Positions 9,673 to 18,995 of a stretch of DNA of 64,000 bases are shown piece after piece (position 1 is the first letter of the stretch; every line of letters begins with the position of its first letter). The notes below the pieces were generated by a model that saw only the letters and a list, made by a program, of their open reading frames with translations, did not search any database and was not told the origin of the DNA. Position numbers and translations under genes: made by a program. This stretch comes from Candidatus Omnitrophota bacterium (GTDB taxonomy: Bacteria; Omnitrophota; Gorgyraeia; B26-G9): the NCBI GenBank assembly GCA_018817165.1, contig JAHITY010000015.1, forward strand, positions 36,354-100,353, written 5' to 3'.

Positions 9673-9840
9673 AAGAAAAGTAATTTAAAATATAGCAGAA
9701 TTGAATGAGGAAGTCAAGAAATTGAAAAAAACAGCGTATAGCGTTTAGCGGATAGCGATTAGAAAAAGCAGTCAATGTTTGTCTTTTAACTAATGGCTAA
9801 TAGTCGATAACCAATTGTCTGGCAAAAATTCTCTTTGAGC
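9673..9840. repeat. Copy B of the duplicated tRNA-upstream module
   Basis: See copy A. Confidence 0.6.
9689..9717 (-). promoter_or_regulatory. Sigma-70-type promoter for tRNA-Val: TTGACT, 17-nt spacer, TATATT
   Basis: Same hexamers and spacer length as the tRNA-Met promoter. It lies inside repeat copy B. Confidence 0.5.
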
Positions 9841-10048
9841 GGCGCTTTCGAACGTAATTTTGACAGGGATGTCAAAATAGTGAGAACGCGCGGCTGAGCC
9901 TGCACGATGCAGGCTCAGCCTTAGCGAAAAGATGTGTTTTTGCCAAGTCAAGCTACCAATAACTCATCATTAATCACTACTAACTTATAATCTTGTATCC
10001 TGTAACTGGAGTAAAATTTGCCTATCATCGTTCTCCACGTTACTTGGC

Positions 10049-10088
10049 AAAAAAAAACAGCGGAGCTTTTTAAGCTCCGCTGTTTTGC
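10049..10088 (-). terminator. Rho-independent terminator downstream of rpoD
   Basis: ACAGCGGAGC and GCTCCGCTGT form a 10-bp stem with a 7-nt loop. On the minus strand a T-run of ~9 follows. It sits 20 nt past the rpoD stop codon. Confidence 0.6.
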
Positions 10089-10107
10089 GATCGTTAAATT
10101 CTGATTT

Positions 10108-12045
10108 TTAGAGGAAATCCATATGATCACTCATCGTTATTTCCAAAAAATCTCTTAGTTTTTTACTGCGTGTAGGATGCCTTAATTTCCTTAAAGCTTT
10201 AGCTTCAATCTGCCGCACTCTTTCCCGAGTAACATTAAATATTTTTCCCACTTCTTCTAATGTCCGAGGATAACCATCTTTAATCCCAAACCGCAATACC
10301 AGCACTTTTTTTTCTCGCTCAGAAAGTGTTTCCATTACCTGTTCCATCTGTTCCTTAAGCATAGAATGCGCTGTTGCGGTTGCCGGACTAACCACTCTTT
10401 TATCTTCAATAAAATCACCAAAATGAGTATCGCCTTCTTCCCCGATAGGAGTCTGTAAAGAAATCGGTTCCTGCGCGATTTTTATAATCCCTCTAATTTT
10501 GTCCACAGAAATCTGCATCATTTTGCTTAGTTCTTCCGGAGTAGGCTCTCTGCCGTTTTCTTGAACAAGAAAGCGTGATGCTCTGATCAATTTATTAATT
10601 GTTTCCGTCATATGAACCGGAATCCTGATTGTTCTTGACTGATCAGCAATAGATCGGGTGATTGCCTGTCTGATCCACCAAGTCGCGTAAGTACTGAATT
10701 TATAACCGCGTTTATATTCAAATTTATCCACTGCCTTCATTAAACCGATATTGCCTTCCTGAATTAAATCAAGAAAAGATAATCCCCGGTTAGTATATTT
10801 TTTAGCAATGCTTACAACCAACCGCAAATTAGCCTCAACCAATGCCCTTTTCGAACAGGTAAATTCATACTGGCAGCGTTTTATATCACGTAAAGCTTTT
10901 CTAATATCTCCAATGTTTCCACCAAACTCACGGAATAATTTTGCTTTTTTAGCTTGCAGCTTTTGGATTTGCCCACGAACTTTTTTCTGTCTTTGTTTTG
11001 AAATTTCTCTTTCAAGCACAGATATGCTTTCCGCGCTAGTTTTTACTTGTTCGGCAATATCCTCAACCACTGCTGTAGTAAGATTAAACTCTAGCAAAAG
11101 ATCCAATGTAGCCTCGGGCTTACGCACAGAACGCAAACTAGCTGTAAGTTTTTCAATTCGCTTCATCAGCTTAGCATGACTTAACTTAAACTCATCACGA
11201 ATAACATCTTCGATATTAACTTCTTTGCTAATGATTTGATTTGCCACTTTCAACACATAATAACGCGAAGACGGACAATTTAGCACAGCTTTTCGCAAAG
11301 TCATCTCTGCAGTCTCAATCTCTATGGCCAATGCCAGTTCTTCTTCCCTCGTAAGTAATGATATCTGGCCCATTTGCCGCAAATACATCCGCACCGGGTC
11401 TTCGATATAAGTAGGCATACTTTCACTTGCCGCGGCTGCTTTGGGATCATCTGATTCTTCTTCAACATCTTGTTTATCTTTTACTACATCGTCTTCAGAA
11501 TCAACAACATCGATATTTTCACTATCTAAAACGATTAATATTTCTTCGATCTCTTCCGAAGTAACCACATCATCGGGTAAAGCATTATTTAACTCTTCAA
11601 AAGTCAAATAGCCTTTTTTCTTTCCCTGAGCGATTAATTTCCCCAAAGTTTTTGTCTTTTTTGCCAACTGCTTAAGAGTTTTAGCTGACTCTGCTTTTTT
11701 CTTTGCCATTGTTTCATCAGCAAGCTGCAGAGCGTCTTCTTGAGCAATTTTCTTTAGTGATTTTTTCTTCACTGGTTTATTCTTATCTTTCTCTTCCATA
11801 TTTTTTCCAATTCTGCCAGATACTTTCTTGATTGTTTTTTCAATATTTTTTTCGCTTTTCCCCTTAGTCAATTTTTTATTTTTTCCTTTTACCAAAGATT
11901 TTAAAATATCCGGTTTTACGGCTTTTTTAACATTTTTCTTAAGGCTTGCTTTATTTTTCATCGTTTTATTTCCTACATTTATCTGAGGAGCATTTTTTTT
12001 CACAGTTTTTTTAGTTTTCTTTTTTAGAGACTGTTTCATATGCAT
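10108..12045 (-). CDS. rpoD: RNA polymerase sigma-70 factor RpoD with a lysine-rich N-terminal extension
   Basis: Region 1.1 reads [23 protein letters not shown] and region 1.2 reads [22 protein letters not shown] region 2-4 core is present, including [19 protein letters not shown]. The first ~145 codons are K-rich low complexity, so the true start could be an internal Met. Confidence 0.9.
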   Translation of the reverse strand: MHMKQSLKKKTKKTVKKNAPQINVGNKTMKNKASLKKNVKKAVKPDILKSLVKGKNKKLTKGKSEKNIEKTIKKVSGRIGKNMEEKDKNKPVKKKSLKKIAQEDALQLADETMAKKKAESAKTLKQLAKKTKTLGKLIAQGKKKGYLTFEELNNALPDDVVTSEEIEEILIVLDSENIDVVDSEDDVVKDKQDVEEESDDPKAAAASESMPTYIEDPVRMYLRQMGQISLLTREEELALAIEIETAEMTLRKAVLNCPSSRYYVLKVANQIISKEVNIEDVIRDEFKLSHAKLMKRIEKLTASLRSVRKPEATLDLLLEFNLTTAVVEDIAEQVKTSAESISVLEREISKQRQKKVRGQIQKLQAKKAKLFREFGGNIGDIRKALRDIKRCQYEFTCSKRALVEANLRLVVSIAKKYTNRGLSFLDLIQEGNIGLMKAVDKFEYKRGYKFSTYATWWIRQAITRSIADQSRTIRIPVHMTETINKLIRASRFLVQENGREPTPEELSKMMQISVDKIRGIIKIAQEPISLQTPIGEEGDTHFGDFIEDKRVVSPATATAHSMLKEQMEQVMETLSEREKKVLVLRFGIKDGYPRTLEEVGKIFNVTRERVRQIEAKALRKLRHPTRSKKLRDFLEITMSDHMDFL

Positions 12046-13855
12046 TTTGCTCCTTTTTTAATTCATTATATTGTTTCAATAAACCCATCAGCTCTTGTGA
12101 CTCAGACTGCTTTATTTTATTAATCTGTTGATGTAAAGCATCGAGCTGCAACTGTATTTTATCTTTCTTTATTTTCCGCACACAATCTTCAAAGCTTTTT
12201 TTCTTATTATCTATACCCATATCGGAAACAAGCAGATTACAGATAAAAGAATTTATTTGATTATCCCCGATCTGCTTAAATAATTCTATTGGATTACATA
12301 CTGCTAAATCCTGTTCATAAAGATGCTTAACAATTTTCTTGGCTATCGGATCACTGAATTCATCATAATCAACAATTTGTTTCAAATCCTTAATAAACCC
12401 ACCGTCTTCGAACATTAATGACATAAGCATTTTCTCTGCGATTTTACTCATTTTGTAAATTTTTTGAGTATTAACCTTGCTTATATCATTTCCTCCTGTG
12501 GGAAACGATTTTATTTTCTTAAGTTCAGAAAATAATAATTCCTCTTTTACCATTAAACTCTCTGACAATTTTTTTATATAAGTACTGCGCAAAATAGCAT
12601 CTTTAATCTTATTTATTGTCTCTAGCATACTTGCGGCAATTTTCGCTTTTTCTTCAGGCACAGATTTATTCAGCTTTAAGCAAAGCAAATTCATTTTATA
12701 GTCAAATAAACTGTTCGCATTATCCACTAAATTCTGAAATTCGACACCTCCATATTTACGCACATAAGAATCAGGATCAAACCCTGCCTCAAGCCTAGCT
12801 ATTTTAACGTTTAAACCCTCTTCAATTAATAAATCAAGGCTTCTTAATGTTGCTTCCTGCCCCGCAGTGTCAGAGTCAAATACTATCACCAGATTATGTG
12901 TATACCGCTTTAATAAACGAGCATGCTCACTAGTAAACGCTGTCCCGCAAGAAGCTACAATATTTTTTATACCCGCTTCAAACGGGATAATAACATCCAA
13001 ATACCCTTCGACAACTATGCAATAATCTTTATCAACAATAAATTTTTTGCTTTGATTAAAACCATAAAGATTTTTACTTTTTTTATAAACTTCTGTCTCT
13101 GGTGAATTTATATATTTTGGCTGATTAGATGAATTTGCTCCTGATTCATCGCTCCAGATCCTACCCCCAAAACCAATTTTTTTCCCTTGACTATTACAAA
13201 TCGGAAACATTATTCTATTTCTAAAACAATCAAATACTTTACCATTGGAGTTTTTAACAACCAACCCTGATTTTAATATCAGATCCTGGCTTATCGCATT
13301 CTTACGTAAAAAATTAAGTAATCCATCCCATTTATCCACAGCTAAACCAAGATTAAAATTCTCAATAGCGGATTTATTCAAACCCCGTTTCTGCAGATAA
13401 TTGATTGCTAAATCTGCTTGACGGTCGTCTTGGTTTAAAAGGTTCTGCTTAAAATACTTTTCCGCTAATTCATTAACTACATACAAAGAACTGGTAAAAG
13501 ATCCTGCTTGCGAATAACTCGGATTTACTTCATTTTTTACTTCCACCCCGACCTTATCACCCAAGAATCGAACAGCTTCCGGAAAATCCATTCGTTCCTG
13601 CTTCATAATAAAACTAAACACATCTCCGCCCTCACCACATCCAAAGCAATGGAATATTTGCTTATCCGGACTAACCACAAAAGAAGCAGTCTTCTCATGA
13701 TGAAAAGGACAGTTAGCTTTAAAATTCCTTCCTGCCTTTTTAAGCGGAATATACCCAGAAACTATTTCGGTAATATCACAACGATTCTGGATTTCCTCTA
13801 GAATACTATCGGAAATTTTACTCATTTCCTTTTTACTCTCACAAATCCGGAACAA
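12011..13855 (-). CDS. dnaG: DNA primase DnaG
   Basis: Zinc-binding [34 protein letters not shown], a TOPRIM region (EGYLDV) and a C-terminal helicase-interaction domain. The likely start is the M at 13825 ([12 protein letters not shown]), which would overlap the upstream stop by 4 nt. Confidence 0.9.
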   Translation of the reverse strand: MFRICESKKEMSKISDSILEEIQNRCDITEIVSGYIPLKKAGRNFKANCPFHHEKTASFVVSPDKQIFHCFGCGEGGDVFSFIMKQERMDFPEAVRFLGDKVGVEVKNEVNPSYSQAGSFTSSLYVVNELAEKYFKQNLLNQDDRQADLAINYLQKRGLNKSAIENFNLGLAVDKWDGLLNFLRKNAISQDLILKSGLVVKNSNGKVFDCFRNRIMFPICNSQGKKIGFGGRIWSDESGANSSNQPKYINSPETEVYKKSKNLYGFNQSKKFIVDKDYCIVVEGYLDVIIPFEAGIKNIVASCGTAFTSEHARLLKRYTHNLVIVFDSDTAGQEATLRSLDLLIEEGLNVKIARLEAGFDPDSYVRKYGGVEFQNLVDNANSLFDYKMNLLCLKLNKSVPEEKAKIAASMLETINKIKDAILRSTYIKKLSESLMVKEELLFSELKKIKSFPTGGNDISKVNTQKIYKMSKIAEKMLMSLMFEDGGFIKDLKQIVDYDEFSDPIAKKIVKHLYEQDLAVCNPIELFKQIGDNQINSFICNLLVSDMGIDNKKKSFEDCVRKIKKDKIQLQLDALHQQINKIKQSESQELMGLLKQYNELKKEQNAYETVSKKEN

Positions 13856-14778
13856 CAGATAACATCTAATTTCTGCACTGTCTCTATTGCGTCCAAGATT
13901 AAATTTAACCCTAAATTATCCGAAGAAATATGTCCGGCAATAATAACATTTATATGCTCCTGCTTGGCTTTTTTTAAATGGTCCTCGCTTAAATGCATTC
14001 CGACAATAGTTCCAACCCCAGCCTGCGCCAAGTTCTTATAAATATCTTTTGATCCTTCCGTACCTCCGGTCATATCAACAAAGATTTTACCTGTCCGAGA
14101 CACCTCAGATCCATTAACTATTCTCGGTCCAGAATTATTTCTTAGAGCATGCAGATATTCCGGAATAGTTTGCAATATATCAATTATTTCTCCCAAGGTT
14201 TTTGGGTCTTTCTTTTTAAACAACTTTTCTAAAAAAGTTACCACATGATTATCCGCCGGAGTATGCACACACATTAAAGGCAGATTTAATAATCGGGCTG
14301 CATCCTGTGTTTTTGTGTGATTTACCGGCAATAAACGCCTTTCAACCTCTGAAATCCTGCTGTTTATTAAATCCTCCGCAATCGTTATTGGCACGCCATG
14401 TAAATGAACAATATCAGTCTGCATGTACATTACTTGATGTAAAGCGGCAAGTGCCCTTCCCTCAGGGTGATGCGCTACAATTAAATCTATTTTTTTTCCT
14501 TTTTCAATTAATCTCTCGCACAGCAAAACTTCTCCAACATCTATGTCAATACCCATAAGAATGCTTTTAATATTTTCATCTCCAGATCCGTGGAGAATCC
14601 TAGTATCGCTAAAAGGATTCTTCAGTCTTTCCAGATCAAATCCTTGCTTTTGCTTTTCTGATAAAGTCGCGTAATTCGCTTTCAGTTCTTTTAACTCTTT
14701 ATTAACTAAAATACTTCCCCGCGGATCTTCTTGTATTCCCTTTTCAATAACAAATTCATATAACTTTTTTAGTTTCAT
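13822..14778 (-). CDS. NIF3-like (GTP cyclohydrolase 1 type 2 / dinuclear metal centre family) protein. Tentative.
   Basis: Contains IVAHHPEG and IIAGHISSD blocks resembling the NIF3 HHP and GHY-TE motifs. Its position upstream of dnaG-rpoD resembles the Bacillus sigA-region layout. Confidence 0.45.
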   Translation of the reverse strand: MKLKKLYEFVIEKGIQEDPRGSILVNKELKELKANYATLSEKQKQGFDLERLKNPFSDTRILHGSGDENIKSILMGIDIDVGEVLLCERLIEKGKKIDLIVAHHPEGRALAALHQVMYMQTDIVHLHGVPITIAEDLINSRISEVERRLLPVNHTKTQDAARLLNLPLMCVHTPADNHVVTFLEKLFKKKDPKTLGEIIDILQTIPEYLHALRNNSGPRIVNGSEVSRTGKIFVDMTGGTEGSKDIYKNLAQAGVGTIVGMHLSEDHLKKAKQEHINVIIAGHISSDNLGLNLILDAIETVQKLDVICCSGFVRVKRK

Positions 14779-15199
14779 TTTTCCTCACTTAAAAAACATA
14801 ACTACTTTTAAAAAATCTTCCAAATTTTTTACATTAAAAAAGAGAGATTAAATCCCTCTGTATTTAAATAATTTTACTAATTAAGATATATAATTTTCTT
14901 AGGCTATAATTTAGTAATTATTATTGTCCGGATAAAAAATAAACTTTCAGCGTATTACTCAAAAAACATAAATGGTTGAATATCAAGTATTTACACAAAA
15001 AGCTATTATGATTATATGAATTTATTACTCAATTATTATTATTTTAACTTAATCAAAGTATATCATATGAAGGGGCATCTGTCAAGGTAGGCACAAAACA
15101 ATTTCATATTTACAACTCTTTGAAATTAAAAGCTTTACAGTAAAGATTGATCTGAAAAAGCTTTATCAACGCCATTTTCTAACGAATAAAACTTTTAAA

Positions 15200-15241
15200 A
15201 AGTCCCAATACAAAATCAAACCCTGATTAGTATTGGGACTT
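15200..15241 (-). terminator. Hairpin terminator after the zinc-ribbon gene
   Basis: Perfect 12-bp inverted repeat AAGTCCCAATAC / GTATTGGGACTT with an 18-nt loop. On the minus strand TTTTTAAAAGTTTTATT follows. Confidence 0.4.
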
Positions 15242-15258
15242 AAAACTAAATATTTGAT

Positions 15259-15759
15259 TTATTTTCCAGTAGTATAATAACTTACTCTAATAAATTTAGT
15301 TAAATTACGAATAGCCGCGGTTCGCTCTTTTTCCTTTTCAAGATTTTCTTTCGCATCAGCCAGACCAGGGATATTTTTCAATAAACTATTCGCATATGCC
15401 TCTCTTTCCGCTTCAGACATAAAAGATTCGCGAATCGCCTTCAACTCACCGGAGTCAAGGAAAAATCCTCCACACTGGTAACACTCATCAACATTTATCG
15501 CTTTGGCTGATTCATAAGCATGAACATGCATCGGAAGTTTACATTTTGGGCAATTGATCTGACCTCTATCCTGGTCATTTGTCCGATCATAAGCCAAAGC
15601 CTGCTGCAAAGCATTTCCCAAACCTTCATTCTGCTCATCAAGCTTAGTAAGTTCAAACCAATCAAACCATAAACCTTTACACCCATTTTTACAAACATCA
15701 ACACTCAAACCGCCAAAATCCTCTTCAATCATATCAGTACTACAAACAGGACAAATCAT
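15259..15759 (-). CDS. Tandem zf-TFIIB-type zinc-ribbon domain protein of unknown function
   Basis: Two repeats of CPxC...C-G-C...(W/F)FD...EL: CPVCSTDM...CKNGCKGLWFDWFEL and CPKCKLPM...CYQCGGFFLDSGEL. Confidence 0.55.
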   Translation of the reverse strand: MICPVCSTDMIEEDFGGLSVDVCKNGCKGLWFDWFELTKLDEQNEGLGNALQQALAYDRTNDQDRGQINCPKCKLPMHVHAYESAKAINVDECYQCGGFFLDSGELKAIRESFMSEAEREAYANSLLKNIPGLADAKENLEKEKERTAAIRNLTKFIRVSYYTTGK

Positions 15760-15883
15760 TTCAAAACTCCTTTCAGATAGTTTTGTAAATAATTAAATCA
15801 AAACTACTTTTAGAATAAAATTTTAACATTTTTTAAAGCTCTTGCCAAGAAATATATTTATTATCGCACTGTTTTAATCTTAT

Positions 15884-16744
15884 TTACTGGATACCATCTA
15901 TTATTGCAGTAATTATATCCGGCTTGTTTAAGGTGAAAAAATGTATCTGCTTTGCTCCATTTTTTATTAAATCCAAACATTGCTTGATTGTGTAATCAAT
16001 TCCGATTTTTTCCATTTCCGCTGGATTATGGCGGAATTCCTCCATTTTCATTGTAATATCTAGGGGAATTGTCGTCCTGCATATTGCCGCAAATTGCTTA
16101 ACCTTTTCAACATCAGTCAAAGGTAATATCCCTGGTAAAACAGGCAGCGAAATCGCATTTTTCTTCATTCGCTCAAGCAAAGAAAAATAATAACTATTAT
16201 CAAAAAACATCTGCGTCACAGCAAAATCAGCTCCGGCATCTACTTTTTTCTTGGTAAACTCCATATCTTTTTCCAAAGAACTTGATTCAATATGTCCTTC
16301 GGGATAAACCGCGACTCCCACAGAAAAATGGTTGTATTGTTTTAAAGTTCTAACCAGATCACTGGCATAGGAATAATCTTTTGCGATAAAATTAAAATCG
16401 CTTTGCCCCGCAGGAGGATCCCCCCTCAATGCCATAATATTCTCAATCCCCTGAGCTTTATAACCATCAAGTATTTTCTTGATATCTTTTTCGCAAGATC
16501 CGATACAAGTTAAATGGGGCATAACTTCCAGATCTTTGTAATCAAGTAACATTGAAACCGCATCTTTTGTCTGTTCCTGAGAACCTCCGCCGGCACCATA
16601 AGTCATGGAAACATATAAAGGGTTATATTTATTGAGTAAATCAACAGTATTACTTAGAGCTAATCGGCCTTTTTGAGTTTTAGGAGGGTAAAACTCAAAA
16701 GAAACCCCTTTTTCTCGTCGTTTAAGTATTTCATTAATCTTCAT
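15884..16744 (-). CDS. metF: 5,10-methylenetetrahydrofolate reductase
   Basis: N-terminal VSFEFYPPKT and TIM-barrel MetF blocks. Length 286 aa. Confidence 0.85.
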   Translation of the reverse strand: MKINEILKRREKGVSFEFYPPKTQKGRLALSNTVDLLNKYNPLYVSMTYGAGGGSQEQTKDAVSMLLDYKDLEVMPHLTCIGSCEKDIKKILDGYKAQGIENIMALRGDPPAGQSDFNFIAKDYSYASDLVRTLKQYNHFSVGVAVYPEGHIESSSLEKDMEFTKKKVDAGADFAVTQMFFDNSYYFSLLERMKKNAISLPVLPGILPLTDVEKVKQFAAICRTTIPLDITMKMEEFRHNPAEMEKIGIDYTIKQCLDLIKNGAKQIHFFTLNKPDIITAIIDGIQ

Positions 16745-16828
16745 TTTAAATCACTTTTTTTGTTATTGATTAAATTTTTATAATTATACCACACATCTTC
16801 AAACAATCAAATCTGCTAGATAAAAGCT

Positions 16829-17014
16829 TCAAAACAAAATCAGGAAAATAAAACTTATCAACACAAGCAATCCAATAAAAACAATAATTTTTTTTGACTG
16901 CATAAAACTCATTACTCCAATGGCTCTGTCTAAACTTTCCCCGCAATACAAACAACTCAATGCATCAGAGTCATATATCGTCTGTTGACAATGCGGACAT
17001 TTTATTCCATCCAT
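16829..17014 (-). CDS. Small zinc-ribbon membrane protein of uncertain function
   Basis: CPHC...CLYC followed by a C-terminal hydrophobic helix. Only 61 aa, so it may not be a real gene. Confidence 0.3.
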   Translation of the reverse strand: MDGIKCPHCQQTIYDSDALSCLYCGESLDRAIGVMSFMQSKKIIVFIGLLVLISFIFLILF

Positions 17015-17066
17015 AAACCTTATTTCCTAATTTTATTATTTTAATAAAATGTGAGTCATTAATATC

Positions 17067-17573
17067 CTACGAATGAGGAAAAATCACTTTAATAATTTTT
17101 TGACTGTTTTGCTCAACATTAGAATTAGCTGAAAGATTTATTCTAATATCCGCGTATTTTTCATACAACGGCAGGCGCTGCGTATACAGCTCGCTAAAGT
17201 TATCACCCTTTAAACCGACAATTCCCCTGACAGCCATATCTAGAATACGGGCTTTGATATCTTCAAGTCCTGCGTCTAAAAATATTACCCGCGAATTACT
17301 TTTTAAAAAAAGCATTGCTTCTGCTGAGTAAACAACACTCCCTCCCGGACAAAGCACATGCTTATCAAAATTGCCCAGATTAACAATTATTTCTTTTTCT
17401 AAGTCCAGCAAAGCGTCTGCCCCATAAGAATCAATGATTTGCTGTAAAGACGATTTAGAGTTTTTTTCAATTATTCTATCAGAATCAAAAAAAGTAAAAT
17501 TTAAGATTTTTGCCAAATGCTTACCAATACTGCTTTTGCCTACTCCCGGCATACCGATTAAAGTTATATTCAT
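17067..17573 (-). CDS. aroK: Shikimate kinase
   Basis: MNITLIGMPGVGKSSIGKHLAKILNFTFFDSD has a Walker A motif followed by DSD. The listed ORF 17067..17696 has a 41-codon non-homologous N-terminus that overlaps the upstream gene. I call the internal start at 17573 instead. Confidence 0.8.
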   Translation of the reverse strand: MNITLIGMPGVGKSSIGKHLAKILNFTFFDSDRIIEKNSKSSLQQIIDSYGADALLDLEKEIIVNLGNFDKHVLCPGGSVVYSAEAMLFLKSNSRVIFLDAGLEDIKARILDMAVRGIVGLKGDNFSELYTQRLPLYEKYADIRINLSANSNVEQNSQKIIKVIFPHS

Positions 17574-17589
17574 TTTTTCCTTAAAAATA

Positions 17590-17931
17590 TTAATCCCTAA
17601 ATCCGAATTCATCAATAAGATATTCAATAAGCTCTCGATCAGCAGTATTAATATCCTGAATCTTAAATCCATTAGCATAAAAATCAGGGTTAACATCTTT
17701 TTTAGACCAAAGACTGCTAGCCTTAAACATCAGCTCTTTTGTTCCTTCGAGTTGCTGCGGCATGATCATTTTAAGCACAAACTCCTTATCCGGCGCAATT
17801 GATGATTCACTAATAATCATAATCCCATCAGTAGATATATCTGCGATATGTCCGATAAGCCGATCATTAGCAGCATCATAAACTCTTAAATAATAGATCA
17901 AGTGTCTTCTTTTTATTTTTCTGATATACAT
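17590..17931 (-). CDS. PilZ-domain protein (putative c-di-GMP receptor)
   Basis: RRHLIYYLR (RxxxR) and DISTDGI (DxSxxG) motifs in a 113-aa protein. Confidence 0.6.
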   Translation of the reverse strand: MYIRKIKRRHLIYYLRVYDAANDRLIGHIADISTDGIMIISESSIAPDKEFVLKMIMPQQLEGTKELMFKASSLWSKKDVNPDFYANGFKIQDINTADRELIEYLIDEFGFRD

Positions 17932-17952
17932 AATGTCCCTTTTTAGAGTAAG

Positions 17953-18804
17953 TTATCGTTGATAAATAGTGTCATCAAGCTGCAATTTAGAAGCCAAATT
18001 TTGCACTGCCATTGTCAATATATGGTTCAATGCATGTTTTTTACCATAATCAGCTGGAACCAGATTTGACACTCTTTTTTCTTCAACAAAGCCCCAGGCT
18101 CTCGGCCATTTTCTCTTATCCTCAGGATTATACACCGCAATCGCTTTGCCTCCGGTCCGAGTAATTAATGAAAACAAAGGTATATCCGTATAACCATCTC
18201 CGACAATGATCATCTGATTAAACGGTATGTACAAATCCTCTGTTTTTACTTTTTTATTTACTTCAAAAGGATTTAACCTAGAATCAGGACCAAAAATACC
18301 TTTCGATATTTGAAATAAATATCTTGTTTTATCGGTAAAACTTACGATGTTTTTTGGAAAAACAATCTCCCCTTTAGAATTATATTCAAAATCACAAGCC
18401 CAAATATCTTTAAAATACTTAGTGACCTTTGTATTCATTAATATTTCTCTTATTCCGCTGCTGATCAGAAAAAAATCCACTTCCACGGTATTATTAACTT
18501 CTTTAGCACTTTGTTCTAACTGACGGAATATATTCTGCACTCCATTAAAAAACTTAACCTTTTTACCGAATTCTGAAAGTTTTTTTTGAGTAATCCTATT
18601 TTTTACTGACGATTTTGAGAACTCAATCATTTTATACAAATAAGCAGGGATAGGATCCCAGCCTTGCTTTTGATACAGAGGGTTAACTTCATTTTTCCAA
18701 AATTTTTGAACATCAAGCCCCAAGCTTTCTAAAAAACAACTAGTACTGTCAGAAGTAAGAGTTTCATCAAAATCAAAAATCACACCAATCCGATTTATAA
18801 TCAT
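17953..18804 (-). CDS. HAD-superfamily hydrolase (subfamily IB-like)
   Basis: Motif I DFDETLT and motif IV IVGDGYTDIP. Confidence 0.6.
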   Translation of the reverse strand: MIINRIGVIFDFDETLTSDSTSCFLESLGLDVQKFWKNEVNPLYQKQGWDPIPAYLYKMIEFSKSSVKNRITQKKLSEFGKKVKFFNGVQNIFRQLEQSAKEVNNTVEVDFFLISSGIREILMNTKVTKYFKDIWACDFEYNSKGEIVFPKNIVSFTDKTRYLFQISKGIFGPDSRLNPFEVNKKVKTEDLYIPFNQMIIVGDGYTDIPLFSLITRTGGKAIAVYNPEDKRKWPRAWGFVEEKRVSNLVPADYGKKHALNHILTMAVQNLASKLQLDDTIYQR

Positions 18805-18995
18805 AAATTATGCCTTTATCGCTGTTTAGGATTTTCCTATTAGAAACAAATAATCAATTAAGTTGAAATATATTATATTCTTTATTATAAACTCAGCAGC
18901 TTTGTTTTGGCAAGTAAAATAAACCTACTACTTCCGAAATGTTTAAATTTTAAGAAAGAAATTGTCATTGATTACCATTTCTATTATAATATTTT

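Noticed and set aside
9300-9700. tRNA pair as an integration hotspot or genomic island boundary
   Set aside because: There is no integrase, no direct repeat of a tRNA 3' end and no compositional shift nearby. The flanking genes are core housekeeping.
9948-10130. 60-aa minus-strand ORF between rpoD and tRNA-Val
   Set aside because: It spans the rpoD terminator hairpin and the palindromic spacer. It would start inside rpoD's stop region, and it shows low complexity with no coding signal.
10808-11179. 123-aa plus-strand ORF inside rpoD, and similar antisense ORFs inside other genes (5315-5545, 24102-24440, 32055-32486, 43402-43773)
   Set aside because: They lie antisense within well-supported conserved genes. 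Their composition is skewed by complementarity to coding sequence, and they have no recognisable motifs.
17574-17696. 41-codon N-terminal extension of the aroK ORF (hydrophobic MLTLIFMLMDLRF...)
   Set aside because: It has no similarity to shikimate kinases and overlaps the PilZ gene. The conserved Walker A starts right after an internal Met with an adequate spacer. Similar over-extended starts were trimmed for lpxA, rplI, spoVG and pilQ.
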